Positions 26,356 to 38,000 are shown, counted from the first letter of the stretch. The stretch is 64,000 nucleotides of DNA from Candidatus Dadabacteria bacterium (GCA_963805855.1 CAWDVW010000005.1:640001-704000), one strand, 5' to 3'. The notes: generated from the sequence alone by a model not told the origin. Program-made: numbers and translations.

Positions 26356-27939
26356 ATGAAGCGAATATTTGTCAAGTTCATACCGTTAATTCTTATCGCA
26401 TTCTTAAATTTAGGAGGCTGCGACAACGGAGGTCAAACTACTGCCCTCTGGATCGTCGCCGGACAAAATTTAAATAACACACGTCATCAATCAAAGGAAA
26501 CGATAATAGGTCCTTCAAATGTAGTGAATCTATCAATCAAATGGATTTTCACAACGGGAGGAGACGTTTCTGCCACTCCTGCTGTAGATGAGAATGCAGT
26601 CTACGCGCCAGATTGGGGCGGGAACCTTTTCAAAATAGATAGAAAAAGCGGTGCGGAAATATGGTCGCGCCGTATATCTGATTATACGGGAATACCGAAT
26701 GACCTATCTCGTACGACACCAGCAGTTTATGGCACCAAGCTCATATTGGGAAATCAGGGCGGCGGCGCACATGTGATAGCCGTCAACAAGGATACTGGGG
26801 ATCTTATTTGGATTACAAAAGTTGATGACCACGAGGCTTCTATAATCACTCAATCGGCGGTTGTACATGATGACCGCGTCTATGTGGGCATCTCTTCATT
26901 TGAGTTTGTTACGGCTATCGATCCGGAATATCCATGCTGCACATTTCGTGGAAGTGTTCTAGCCTTAGATTCAAATAACGGAGAGATCCTATGGAAGACT
27001 TACATGACACCATCGACTGATAAATTCCCCGGCTATAGCGGAGTTGGCGTTTGGGGCAGCACATTAGTCGTGGACTCGAAACGCAACCTTCTTTACGTTC
27101 CGACTGGTAACAACTACACAGTCCCGGAGGAAGTGCTCGAATGCGTTGAAGAAGCAAATAATCAAGGCATCGATCCAAGACTATGCAATGATCCCAGTAA
27201 CCTTTTTGATGCTGTAGTAGCCCTTGACCTAGATAGTGGAGAGATAGTATGGGGCCAGCCGATGATTCCATTCGACGCCTGGAACTTTTCATGCCTAATA
27301 GGGGGTATAAACTGCCAATCGTCAGCGGGAGTTGATTACGACTTTGGGCAAGGCCCCATTTTGTTCTCAATTAAAGGTGCTGACGGATTATTTATCGATC
27401 TGTTGGGGGCTGGTCAGAAAAGCGGTCAGTATTGGGCACTTAATCCTGATAACGGGGAAGTTATGTGGGTGACTCAGGTCGGGCCCGGTGGTATTACCGG
27501 GGGCCACCAGTGGGGTTCCGCTACAGATGGTGAACGTATCTATACGGCAATATCAAACTCAGGACGAGTAGAATGGGAACTAATGGAGAACGGACAGGGA
27601 ACCGGTGAGTTCACTCGAGGAGGGTTTTGGAGCGCACTCGATCCCACTACAGGAAAGATTCTTTGGCAGACGCCTGACCCAAACGCTGCCCTTGACCAGG
27701 GTGCGGTAACTATCGCTAATGGGGTAGTTTTTGCAGGTTCCCTCGCCCCTGATCCCGATGATAGTACTTTCTTCGCTTTGGACGCCGCATCAGGTGATAT
27801 CCTTTGGGAGTTTCCAAGCGGCGCATCTGTAAACTCTGGAGCTGCCGTAGTTGATGGCACAGTTTATTGGGGCTCCGGCTATTCACGCCTGAACTATGCA
27901 ACTGGTAACAACGAAGTGTACGCGTTTGAGATAAGATAA
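26356..27939 (+). CDS. PQQ-binding beta-propeller lipoprotein (polyvinyl-alcohol dehydrogenase-like)
   Basis: Lipobox-like LNLGGC, repeated ALD..TG...W PQQ-repeat motifs, vicinal CC in CCTFRGSV, GVWGS, DYDFGQGP, GQKSG. Confidence 0.8.
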   Translation: MKRIFVKFIPLILIAFLNLGGCDNGGQTTALWIVAGQNLNNTRHQSKETIIGPSNVVNLSIKWIFTTGGDVSATPAVDENAVYAPDWGGNLFKIDRKSGAEIWSRRISDYTGIPNDLSRTTPAVYGTKLILGNQGGGAHVIAVNKDTGDLIWITKVDDHEASIITQSAVVHDDRVYVGISSFEFVTAIDPEYPCCTFRGSVLALDSNNGEILWKTYMTPSTDKFPGYSGVGVWGSTLVVDSKRNLLYVPTGNNYTVPEEVLECVEEANNQGIDPRLCNDPSNLFDAVVALDLDSGEIVWGQPMIPFDAWNFSCLIGGINCQSSAGVDYDFGQGPILFSIKGADGLFIDLLGAGQKSGQYWALNPDNGEVMWVTQVGPGGITGGHQWGSATDGERIYTAISNSGRVEWELMENGQGTGEFTRGGFWSALDPTTGKILWQTPDPNAALDQGAVTIANGVVFAGSLAPDPDDSTFFALDAASGDILWEFPSGASVNSGAAVVDGTVYWGSGYSRLNYATGNNEVYAFEIR

Positions 27940-28111
27940 TACGCCATTATGGTAAATTCAGTTAATTCTTGCTCGCATCGGTTCTTGATTTCTATTTACC
28001 CAGTCATAAGAGATGAATTAAAAACGCAATTATCTAGTATTCCACGCTATACCTTCAGATCCAAATATAATGTAGATTAATTCCAAAAGTTCTAATCTAG
28101 TCACCCATTCG

Positions 28112-28861
28112 ATGCAAAATTCAGAACAAAAATGGCGTAACCCGCCGAGCAAATTAAATTTAGGACGCCATGAAATCCATGTCTGGCGTGCTGACTTAAA
28201 TGTTACCAAGCAACTATTAAAGAAACTTAAAGACACCTTACAAAAGGTAGAAACGGATAGGGCCAATCGCTTTCATTTTGAAAAGGACCGACACCATTTC
28301 ATTGCTGCCAGAGGTGCTCTTAGAGTGATCCTCGGAAATTATCTTAATATACAGCCACGCAATCTGAACTTCACTTACAATACACATGGAAAACCAAGAA
28401 TTGCCAATGAACTGGATCAAAATCATGTCAACTTCAATTTATCCCATTCGCATGGGATTGCACTATACGCCGTAACCTTGGGTAGGGAGGTAGGAATTGA
28501 TATTGAAAGGGTCAGGACAAATTTGTCTTTCGAGAAGATCGCAAAGCGATTCTTCTCACCCTTGGAGTTCCAGACGCTCATGGCATTGCCTCTCTCAGAG
28601 CGTGTAGCAGGCTTTTTTAATTGTTGGACTCGTAAGGAGGCCTATATAAAGGCTATCGGAGAAGGTCTTTCCATCCCCCTAGATCAGTTTGATGTGACAC
28701 TGAATCCAAACGATGAAGCTAAAATTATTAGTACTAAAGGAGACTCGATTTTGGCAGCCCGCTGGTCATTGTATGCTTTGATACCAGCGCCCGGATATGT
28801 CGGAGCTTTAGCCGTGGAGGGAAAACACCTCACGATCAAATATTGGATGTGGACAGGTTAA
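28112..28861 (+). CDS. sfp: Sfp-type 4'-phosphopantetheinyl transferase
   Basis: GKP, FNLSHS, VGIDIE, FFNCWTRKEAYIKAIGEGL. Confidence 0.95.
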   Translation: MQNSEQKWRNPPSKLNLGRHEIHVWRADLNVTKQLLKKLKDTLQKVETDRANRFHFEKDRHHFIAARGALRVILGNYLNIQPRNLNFTYNTHGKPRIANELDQNHVNFNLSHSHGIALYAVTLGREVGIDIERVRTNLSFEKIAKRFFSPLEFQTLMALPLSERVAGFFNCWTRKEAYIKAIGEGLSIPLDQFDVTLNPNDEAKIISTKGDSILAARWSLYALIPAPGYVGALAVEGKHLTIKYWMWTG

Positions 28862-28904
28862 GTGGTTCTATTTAGGGTGTTAGCGCAAATGTAAGAAACG
28901 AACG

Positions 28905-29252
28905 AGTAAGCGGGACAGGAATGTTCCGCCTACCCTTGGATTAAAATTAAGGATAGCCGGGGTTTTCCAACCCTGCATGGACAAAACATAGGGCAAGGAA
29001 ACGTTCCAAGAATATAGCGGAAGGCTTCGGCCTACCATCTCAGAAATTAACTCTGATGGGAACATAAAGGTTTCCGCTACGTTTAGTCACGGATATCACC
29101 GAGGTCTGAAGATCATCACTACTAAAAGAATATTCCTTTTTAATGTAGTGGAGGACTTTAGTCCTCCATAAACTCGATGAGACGAAAATTATCTGTCATC
29201 CCCGAGGACTCCCCGCCATGGACATGCGGGGGCGGGCTTAATCGGGGATCCA
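28905..29252. repeat. Mosaic of REP-like palindromes between convergent genes
   Basis: Hairpin units at about 28910-28934, 28952-28978, 29014-29080, 29145-29169 and 29194-29252, with homologous units at 30624, 33970-34297 and 48346. Confidence 0.85.
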
Positions 29253-29258
29253 CATGCT

Positions 29259-30485
29259 CTAGGAATGTATATTTGCTCTAATCTCTAAAATCTTATCGAG
29301 AACCCTGCTCGCCAAGTCGGATTTACTCATTAGGGGAAGTTCCTCCACCTCTCCCGAGCCGTCCACCAAATACGCTGCATTTGTATCCTGTCCGAACCCC
29401 GAACCCACCTTAGAAATATCATTCGCTACTATCAAATCGGCGTTTTTCATCCGTAACTTAGCTCTCGAATTCTCTATTATATTCTCACACTCAGCGGCGA
29501 ACCCAACTATCGTCTTTCCGTCTTTCCTCTTTCCGATTTCCAAAAGGATATCCTTAGTAGGTTTAAGCGTGAGTGAAAGATCCTTTTTACTTTTCTTGAT
29601 TTTTCCCTTAATAACATTCGACGGAGTGAAGTCACCAACAGCAGCGGCTTTAATTATTATTTCAGCCCACTCAAGGTGATCCATAACCTTTTGGTACATG
29701 TCGCTCGCGCTTGCGGCATTGACAATATTCACGCCCGTTGGTGGAGCAACATCGGTTTTACCCGATATCAAAAGCACATCAGCTCCTCTCAGCCAAGCTT
29801 CTTTAGCAAGCGCATACCCCATCTTTCCAGTGGACGGATTCGAAATGAATCTAACTGAATCGATGTACTCTCTTGTAGCTCCCGCCGTAACCATCACTCT
29901 CTTACCCATAAAGTCTTTACGAGAAAATACCCTCTCTATTTCCTGCATTATCACGCCTATCTCGGGATACCTACCTTTTCCTTCCCAACCGCATGCGAGC
30001 TCTCCCTCATCCGGATCCACAATAACAAACCCCCTCCTGCTTAAGCCTTCGATGTTTTCCTGAACGGCGGAATTGTTGTACATGTTTACATTCATAACGG
30101 GACAGACAATTACAGGAGACCTTGTAGCCAGGATCACGGCATTGAGAAGATTGTCTGCAATTCCGGATGTTGCCTTTCCAATAAAGGTAGCGGTGGCAGG
30201 AGCTACGATTATCAGGTCCGCATTATCGGCAAGAGCTATATGCCCAATCTCCGATTCCCACTCCGCATCGTAGATTTCGGTAGCCACCCTGTTTAAAGAA
30301 AGGGCCTGAAATGTCATTGGCGTTACGAATTCAGCGGCATTTTTAGTCATAATTACGCGTACCGTCGCATCCTCTTTGACCAATCTCCTGACTAGCTCAC
30401 ATGATTTATAAGCGGCAATTCCACCCGTAACCCCAAGTACTATGTTCTTCCCAGAGATTCTAGACATTTTAACCCTCTTGCTCAT
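29259..30485 (-). CDS. coaBC: Bifunctional phosphopantothenoylcysteine decarboxylase/synthetase
   Basis: LGVTGGIAAYK, HIALAD, LACGWEGKGR, VTAGATREYID.VRFISNPSTGKMG, VGFAAE. Confidence 0.97.
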   Translation of the reverse strand: MSKRVKMSRISGKNIVLGVTGGIAAYKSCELVRRLVKEDATVRVIMTKNAAEFVTPMTFQALSLNRVATEIYDAEWESEIGHIALADNADLIIVAPATATFIGKATSGIADNLLNAVILATRSPVIVCPVMNVNMYNNSAVQENIEGLSRRGFVIVDPDEGELACGWEGKGRYPEIGVIMQEIERVFSRKDFMGKRVMVTAGATREYIDSVRFISNPSTGKMGYALAKEAWLRGADVLLISGKTDVAPPTGVNIVNAASASDMYQKVMDHLEWAEIIIKAAAVGDFTPSNVIKGKIKKSKKDLSLTLKPTKDILLEIGKRKDGKTIVGFAAECENIIENSRAKLRMKNADLIVANDISKVGSGFGQDTNAAYLVDGSGEVEELPLMSKSDLASRVLDKILEIRANIHS

Positions 30486-30623
30486 TTTTTGTACCGGAGA
30501 GACCCCCAGGTCTCCATAGTACGGTCTTCCTATTTAGTATAGAGGAGTAGACGAAATGAGGCAAACCATAATTTCAATTGCTTATCTTCATTCTGAATTT
30601 TTCAGTTAGAAATATGATCTACG

Positions 30624-30650
30624 ATGCAGGGTTGGAAAACCCCGCCTATC
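30624..30650. repeat. Single REP-like palindrome
   Basis: atgcagggttggaaaaccccgcctatc, nearly identical to 34213-34239 and to the reverse complement of 28952-28978. Confidence 0.85.
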
Positions 30651-30688
30651 AGAAAACCCCGTCTAAGATTAGAAAAAATTCAGACGAT

Positions 30689-32401
30689 TCAGAAACCCTG
30701 ATCAGTCACAGCTCCCTCGGATGCGGAATTCACGAGCTTCGCATACTTCGCTAGTACACCCCTAGTTACCTTAGGTTTTGGTTTTTTCCAAACTGCCAAT
30801 CTTTTTTTGATCTCGCTCTCCGGTAACTTGAGATTGATCTCCCTTTTACGGGCATCTATGGTTATCGTATCGCCATTTTTCACAATCGCGATGACTCCCC
30901 CATCATATGCCTCCGGAGTAATATGACCCACTACAAAACCATGGGTGCCACCAGAAAACCTCCCATCCGTTATGAGTGCCACATCGGTACCCAATCCCTT
31001 ACCCATAACTGCTGAAGTCGGGGCCAACATTTCTCTCATCCCGGGACCCCCTTTGGGTCCCTCAAAACGGATAACGATCACATGTCCTTTCTTTACCTTT
31101 CCGGAAAGTATAGCCCTGAGACATCCCTCTTCCGAGTCGAACACAATCGCCTTTCCCGTGAACGAGTGACCTTCCTTTCCAGTAATCTTTGCGACACCCC
31201 CTTCCGGCGCCAGATTCCCCCTGAGAATTACAATGTGGCTATCCTCCTTAATGGGATTTTCGAAGGAATGTACTACCTCTTGTCCTTTCGGATAGGCGGG
31301 CACAGATCGCAGGTTTTCTCGAACGCTCAGCCCCGTTACGGTCATGCAATCACCATTTAGTAGACCTCTATCAAGAAGCATCTTCATTAAAGGTCTCAGG
31401 CCGCCTATCTTACAGAAATCTGCCATCATGAATCTTCCGCTAGGTTTAAGGTCGGCAAGAACCGGAACCTTTTTGCCTATTCTATTGAAGTCATCGATTG
31501 TGAGCTTGACACCCATCGCATTGGCCATTGCTAAAATATGTAAAACAGCGTTTGTGGATCCACCCAATGCAACCACGACCGTTATTGCATTCTCAAAAGC
31601 CTTCTTCGTCATGATATCGCTTGGACGAATCCCTCTTTTCAGTAAATTGACGACCGCCTGGCCGGCATCAAAGCAGTCCCTGTTCTTTTCAGGAGATATT
31701 GCAAGCTGCGCGGAACTGTTGGGAAGACTCATGCCAAGGGCCTCTATAGCTGAAGCCATTGTGTTTGCTGTATACATCCCGCCACAAGAACCTGGTCCGG
31801 GTATGGCCGAAGACTCAACCGCTTTTAATTCTTTATCAGAAATCTTTTTATCAGCATGTGCGCCAACAGCCTCAAAAACAGATACAATATCAACTGGTTT
31901 CCCACAATACAGACCGGGCATTATTGTGCCACCGTAAACGAACACTGCCGGTCGATTAAGACGCGACATCGCTATCAGACAGCCCGGCATATTTTTGTCG
32001 CAACCCCCAATTGCGACAATTCCGTCAAAGCCCTCAGCTCCGGCTACAGTCTCAATTGAGTCGGCAATAACCTCTCTCGAAACGAGTGAGTAGCGCATGC
32101 CGGGTGTCCCCATAGATATACCATCGGAAACGGTTATGGTATTGAATATTATCGATTTCCCACCTGAACTATCCACACCCCTCGCAGCCTCCAGCGCCAG
32201 CTTATCTATATGCATGTTACATGGTGTGACCATGCTCCAAGTGGAAGCGACCCCGATAATCGGCTTCTTAAAATCAACGTCCTTAAATCCAACTGCCCTA
32301 AGCATCGATCTGTTCGGGGAGCGATCATCCCCCTCAACTATTATTGACGAGTATTTTCTTATACCATGTGGCTTCTTTTGACCCTTTTTTATCCTTGACA
32401 A
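30689..32401 (-). CDS. ilvD: Dihydroxy-acid dehydratase
   Basis: [55 protein letters not shown]. Confidence 0.97.
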   Translation of the reverse strand: MSRIKKGQKKPHGIRKYSSIIVEGDDRSPNRSMLRAVGFKDVDFKKPIIGVASTWSMVTPCNMHIDKLALEAARGVDSSGGKSIIFNTITVSDGISMGTPGMRYSLVSREVIADSIETVAGAEGFDGIVAIGGCDKNMPGCLIAMSRLNRPAVFVYGGTIMPGLYCGKPVDIVSVFEAVGAHADKKISDKELKAVESSAIPGPGSCGGMYTANTMASAIEALGMSLPNSSAQLAISPEKNRDCFDAGQAVVNLLKRGIRPSDIMTKKAFENAITVVVALGGSTNAVLHILAMANAMGVKLTIDDFNRIGKKVPVLADLKPSGRFMMADFCKIGGLRPLMKMLLDRGLLNGDCMTVTGLSVRENLRSVPAYPKGQEVVHSFENPIKEDSHIVILRGNLAPEGGVAKITGKEGHSFTGKAIVFDSEEGCLRAILSGKVKKGHVIVIRFEGPKGGPGMREMLAPTSAVMGKGLGTDVALITDGRFSGGTHGFVVGHITPEAYDGGVIAIVKNGDTITIDARKREINLKLPESEIKKRLAVWKKPKPKVTRGVLAKYAKLVNSASEGAVTDQGF

Positions 32402-32623
32402 TTTATTTCCTCCAATCTAAATCACATAAAGGTGACTATTATCTATTGAATATATGTTGATGTCAATTGCACCAACTCTCAGAATGAATCCACTCTGAAA
32501 TTCGATCATCTGAAATCATAAGACCAAAAACCATGAATCGTATTTAGCAATTAGGAAAAGTTGAAAATACCTATTGCTATTATGACCAGAATCTAATATA
32601 AGCAGTAAGGCAAGGAGGAATAC

Positions 32624-33076
32624 ATGGCAAACGTAATTCTAACAATAATTGCCGGCCTGATAGGAACCGGCGGGATGACTCTCGTGATGTGGTTAATACA
32701 GAAATCCGGGATGGCTAACGCAGATATGGTCAGGGCAATCGGAAGCATATTCTCACGTAACCTGGATGAATCTTTAGCCCCGGGACTAATCATTCACTTT
32801 ATTGCTGGGTCACTTATCGCATTTATCTATGTGATATTAATAAGTCTGTTCCATCCTACCTCGGTAGCCGCCACAATTGGAACAGGCGCCATGATTGGCC
32901 TATTCCACGGGGTAGCTTTCAGCTTCCTGCTTGTCGTTACAGTAGCTGAGCACCACCCCCTGGAGGATTTCCGCGACGCGGGACTTGAAGTCGCTTTAGC
33001 CCACCTGGTGGGACACATTATTTACGGATTATTAGTTGGTACGGTTATAGGCATTGCAGGTGTCAGATTCTTCTAA
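32624..33076 (+). CDS. Hypothetical membrane protein (about 4 TM helices)
   Basis: 150-aa hydrophobic ORF, AGGAGG RBS, intramembrane His residues. Confidence 0.75.
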   Translation: MANVILTIIAGLIGTGGMTLVMWLIQKSGMANADMVRAIGSIFSRNLDESLAPGLIIHFIAGSLIAFIYVILISLFHPTSVAATIGTGAMIGLFHGVAFSFLLVVTVAEHHPLEDFRDAGLEVALAHLVGHIIYGLLVGTVIGIAGVRFF

Positions 33077-33260
33077 GTCTCCGGATTTATGGAAAACGAT
33101 ACCGAACCTCGTCTTTTAATCTTTTCAATCAGTTACTTCATTCCACCAATCCGTAATCGAAGCAGTGTGGCTTCCACGTTACTTTAATTTAGGCTATAAA
33201 TTATGATAAGAAGAAAGAGGGATGGGATTTACCAACCTTCCCTACCCCGAAACCCACTTT

Positions 33261-33815
33261 TTATGGCTCTCGGATTGGTTTGCAGGCGGTGCCGTCCCAG
33301 TTACCGACGATTACCCGTATCCTTCCGAATGGAGTTACAACGATCCTCCCGCATCTCGTTATCTTGCTGCCATCTGATGGTCTGATAGAAATTGATCCAC
33401 TGGAACCGCCGAGCGTACCATTAGGGTTAAAATTTATGATCTTATTGGAAGGAGTGATGCTTATTCCATTTGATACATTTAATGTTTGAGACGTTTCGGT
33501 TGTATACCTTTCTGACCCCCTGTTGCTGTCTCCGATCTGCATTGCAATGGTGAGACTCTTATTTGAGTTATCGTAACTAACAACCGCTTGATACTCTACA
33601 CCGTGCCTGGCTGATTTTAGTTTTGCGATTTGCAGCGTTGAAGAAATAGTCCTTGTTATATTATCAACTTTCCGGTTAACGAAAAACCTGGTGCCCATCG
33701 AACCTGCTATCACAATAAGCATCGATATCATCCCGGCCACGATAAGTACCTCGAGGATGTTCAAACCATTTTCTTTAACAAATTGACCCATTTTAGGTTC
33801 CCCTTCCTTGATCAT
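33261..33815 (-). CDS. FimU/FimT-like minor pilin (copy 2)
   Basis: Prepilin-like site G|LNILE followed by a hydrophobic helix, FNPNG motif, C-terminal Cys pair. Confidence 0.85.
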   Translation of the reverse strand: MIKEGEPKMGQFVKENGLNILEVLIVAGMISMLIVIAGSMGTRFFVNRKVDNITRTISSTLQIAKLKSARHGVEYQAVVSYDNSNKSLTIAMQIGDSNRGSERYTTETSQTLNVSNGISITPSNKIINFNPNGTLGGSSGSISIRPSDGSKITRCGRIVVTPFGRIRVIVGNWDGTACKPIREP

Positions 33816-33969
33816 TTTTAAATATGCGTTTCATCCCGGTAACGCACGGATGGTGCTCCATTACATGGAAAACTTTTATTTCCTGATCTGCGGAAGGGGG
33901 GACTGGGCGAAGCAAAAGCTATAAGCTTTAGTAAAGTATAAACCCATTTTCAAATATCTGGTGAAAAAA

Positions 33970-34297
33970 TGGGGTGGTTGGAAAAACCTCGTCTATCGTG
34001 TGTTGGCTTGATCTATGTGCGGGGTTGAAAAACCCAGGCTATCGATTTATATCTAGATTTTAACCCCTTCCGGGAGGATAGGCAGGACCTTCCAGTCCCG
34101 ATGGTTTTCATCCAATTAGTTTTATGGAGGACTAAAGTCCTCCGCTACATTAGAAAGGGTTATAACCAATTGTAGCGGAAACCTTTAGGTTTCCATTCCT
34201 TATGTTTTATCAATGCGGGGTTGGAAAACCCCGCCTATCCATTCAAATACAAATTTTAACCCCACCACAGGATAGGCCGGACATTCGTGTCCCGCAT
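33970..34297. repeat. Mosaic of REP-like palindromes
   Basis: Units at about 33970, 34017, 34077, 34124, 34172, 34213 and 34271. 34119-34297 is an inverted homologue of about 28905-29173. Confidence 0.85.
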
Positions 34298-34367
34298 AGA
34301 TTAATGTTGATTAGCTGGAAAGCCTCTTAAATCAGGAGAAGGGAAAAGATCATGGTGTTGGGGTCGC

Positions 34368-35036
34368 TTACGGCTCCCTTATCGGATTGCAATCGGTGCC
34401 ATCCCAGTTACCCCTAACTACATCTACCCTCCCAAGCGATGGTGATAGCTCAACAATCCCGCATGTGTTAACCCTGGACGTGACGGTTGGCGTTACTAAC
34501 ATTGAGACCGTCTCCAGATCGGTATCAGGCTCCGGATCAGTCGTTACCGGCTCGCCATTTTGATCTACCATAAATCCCTTTGGACCGAATCCACATCGAA
34601 GAGGGTCGGTTTCCCCCATGTCAGCCATATTTAAGTTAAAGTTCTTGTTAATTTTCTTTGTCTGACTGGATACGATACACCATTTATCAGACCCTCTGTT
34701 GCTATTACCCCTTTCGAGCGTAATCGTCAGCGTGTCATCCCCCAGGGCAAAGTCGTTATAATTATTACAAAATTTGCAATTTGGGTCAGTGTCATCAATA
34801 TCATCACACTGCGAGAAGACAGCCCTGTATTCCACACCGTCCCTCGCCGATTTCATCTTTGCCATCTGAAGTGTAGAAGATATGTTCCTCGTGATATCGT
34901 TAATTGAACGGCTAACAGTAAACCGGCTAACCATAAGCCCTGCGATACCGGCAAGTAAAGATATAACACTGGCTACAATAAGGGCCTCTATAATTGTCAT
35001 GCCTCTTTGCCTTTCTTTACTATGCATGTTAGTCAT
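34368..35036 (-). CDS. FimU/FimT-like minor pilin (copy 1)
   Basis: G|MTIIE cleavage motif, SSTLQMAKMKSARDGVEY, C-terminus GNWDGTDCNPIREP. Confidence 0.87.
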   Translation of the reverse strand: MTNMHSKERQRGMTIIEALIVASVISLLAGIAGLMVSRFTVSRSINDITRNISSTLQMAKMKSARDGVEYRAVFSQCDDIDDTDPNCKFCNNYNDFALGDDTLTITLERGNSNRGSDKWCIVSSQTKKINKNFNLNMADMGETDPLRCGFGPKGFMVDQNGEPVTTDPEPDTDLETVSMLVTPTVTSRVNTCGIVELSPSLGRVDVVRGNWDGTDCNPIREP

Positions 35037-35042
35037 TATAGC

Positions 35043-38000
35043 CTATAATAGCTCTTCCCAAAAATGTGTCTGCGTTCTCGTAGCGAGCTGGGGAAGCTCC
35101 AAGACGAGGAAATTCGCTCCGCCTGCTGCCGCACTACCCGAAAAGGCAACAGTCATGATCACAGAACCACGCGCTCCGAAGGTAAGCTGTGCCGGCGTCG
35201 GCATACCAAACGCAACTGTTTTTCCCACAGTAGCCGCCTGCTGGTCGGCATCTCCACCAAGAAGACTCGCCGCTCCCGGCACCCTTGCCAGAGCGGGCTC
35301 TCCTGAAAGATAATCGAGAGCAAAGAGTCTGCCCTCACCGGCGCCCGCCGCGCAAACATTCTCAGTCTCAGGATCCGGCGCGAATGTCGTAAAGAGTAAT
35401 ACTCTTTCTATGACAACAGGCGTGCCAAACCCCTTTTCTCCCATCGGACTTTCAACACTGGGATCAACCGACGTGTCAATGTTATCGGGGAATCTCACAA
35501 TAAACTCACCCTGGTTGTTTACTGTACTGCCGCCTTCCGTTGTAAATTGATCGGTAACCCCACCAAGGGGCACAATATCAATTATCTGCCCTGCGTTGAA
35601 ATCCGCCTCGGTTTTAGTAGCGGCAGGCACTGCGGAGCCCCCGGCGAGAAAAGCCGGGATAAAGGTATCTATGAAGTTATAGAGCTTTCCAAATTGGAGC
35701 GTACTGGTCGGGTTTCTTCTATTCCCAGTTAAGAATATAATATGGACCTGGCCAAGATCATCAAACACAGCCGTAGGCGCAAAGAATATGGGCGTCCTCG
35801 GACTTATAAAGGTTATAGGATCAGGTATTAGGGTCGAAGGATCCAAGCACTGAGTAATGTCCGCGGTGGCACAGAATGCTATATCACCCGTCCAATCAGG
35901 CGCGGATATATCAGCATCGCCTCTGAGACCGGTCTGAGACAAATCATCGGCGACGATCGGGAGGGAGATATCGAATCTCCAAAGCCTGCCGCAGGTATCG
36001 CCCGCGTAGGCTACATCCATATACCCATCGGCATTCAGATCAAAGACCCCCACTCTTGCTGACATATCGCATTCCATCTCAGCTAAATCTGGATCAGCGA
36101 GAGTCGAAGGTATTGGATCATCAGGGTTGAATTTAAAGACTATCTTCCCTGTGGGTATATCTATAGCATAAAATGCATCACCGAAATTAACCCCATCAGT
36201 CGGATCGGTGTCAAGGGGATCCATCCCCCCGCCCACAAACATCAACCACCTATCAACTATTACGTTGCTTCCCTGTTCCTTCATCCTCACCCTTCCAACG
36301 GTCGGTTCAGACCATGTGTTTCCAAAATCATGGTCGAACAGCGTCCAGAGGTGGGTGGGATAGTCCGGACCGTTTGTCAGATGCTTACCGATATTGCTGC
36401 AATCGGTATTCACGCCCCCGGCACATTCGACATTTGTCACATCGAGGGCAGTATAGGCTCCACCCCCGTTTCTATACCCGGATATATACAATGTGTGCCA
36501 TTCGCTTCCGCAACTATCAATCACGCCATCCAGAGCGCTGCTAGCTCCGGTACAGATTGGATCATCTATCCCATTCGAATAACCATCGACAAATATATCC
36601 GCAACCAGAGCCGACCCGTCCATGAAAGATCTCTGCTCCTTCTTCTCCGCTACAAAAGTCTTGAAGTCTCCAAACCTGTAATCCGGAGGAGTTATATCAG
36701 AAGGTGATTCAGGACCATTATCTGAAATAGAGTCCGGAAGAAAGGAAGGCGGTGCAATCCCGAATAGCTCAACGCCGGTGCCCGGATTAAAGAATGGGAT
36801 CGACTCCTCCTCAAGATTAAAGGGATTCGTTACCGTTCCCCCTAGAGGGATAGTTACTAGCTCCCCACCGTGAAATGCATGCATAAATCCGTCATTCGCA
36901 CCCACATACACCGCTGCAGACCTATCCCTGAACTGAGATGCGAAGGCCTGAAAACCAATATCAAAGAAAAGAGGCGACGGCGTACCCACCAGCACGGGCG
37001 CAGAGTGGAATATATCGCCGAGTTTCACCTGGCAGTGGCTATAGTCATCATTAGCCGTATTTCCATCGGCAAGATCAGGACAACTATACCCCATGGTATC
37101 AGCCGCAAACCCTCCCGTAGTTGGAGAACCAAGCGGGTCGCCCAGTGGGAAGATTTTCGTGTTACCGGTCATGAAATCGATTGTTTTGTCTCTTATACAG
37201 TTTTCAACGCAGTCTAAACAAGGTTGTAGTACTGGCTGCTGAAGATTTCCAGTTATAAGATCCACCGGACAATCGCCAGAACAATCCGTATAGCCGTCCG
37301 GAGGGTCTGCCGCGCAAAAGGTCGGTATCGGATCGGTTACATCAGCGTCACTTATCCCAAATTGAGCCAGATCCAGATCGGTGTTGAGTAGATTGAAATC
37401 AGCCTTATCCCCCTCATATCTGAGTCTTAAGACCTCTGAAGTGGCCAGGTCTATCTCCTCATCGATAGTAGTCGGGTCTGTTCTTATAACCGTATACAGG
37501 TGTCTCGGGTCAGACGATATGTCCCTCTCTGTAAGCAGCTTACCCGAGTCCCAGAAAAACTGCCTCGCATTTGCGTTCAGGATTCCCCTGTTGCTGAAGA
37601 TCCTGTGGGCATCAACGACCGCAGCATCAGTGAGGTCGGCACCCGGGTCTGGTTTTCTTATAACAACCTTTGAACCCGGATTCCCCGGTTCATCCACAAA
37701 ACCAAAGAGGGCAAGCCTCCCCTGCCAAAGTCTCGCCGGAGGATTAGGCGTCAGGTTTGCCAGCAGTATCCTGTCGCTTACCGCGACGCTTGCCGAGGAG
37801 GTAGGCGCTGTGGGTGCCACACCGGACGTGGGGAAATTTCCGATAAACTCGAAAATCGCATCAAGGGCCTCTATCAGCTCGGATGGATCGTCAACGAAAA
37901 AGGCAAAACTTTCGCCTAACACGGTAGAGTCGAGGGGTCCCGCGGTCTGGAAAAAGGTATTGTTAAAAATAGGGTTGGTCTGAAAAGTACATTCGCCCGT

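Noticed and set aside
28880-29065. 61-aa minus-strand ORF
   Set aside because: It is made almost entirely of REP-like units, with no protein motif.
33816-33960. Riboswitch upstream of the second FimU-like gene
   Set aside because: Only a short hairpin. I could not find c-di-GMP or other aptamer consensus motifs.
33970-34297. Possible CRISPR array
   Set aside because: The repeats are of several types and orientations with irregular, partly conserved spacers, and no cas genes are present.
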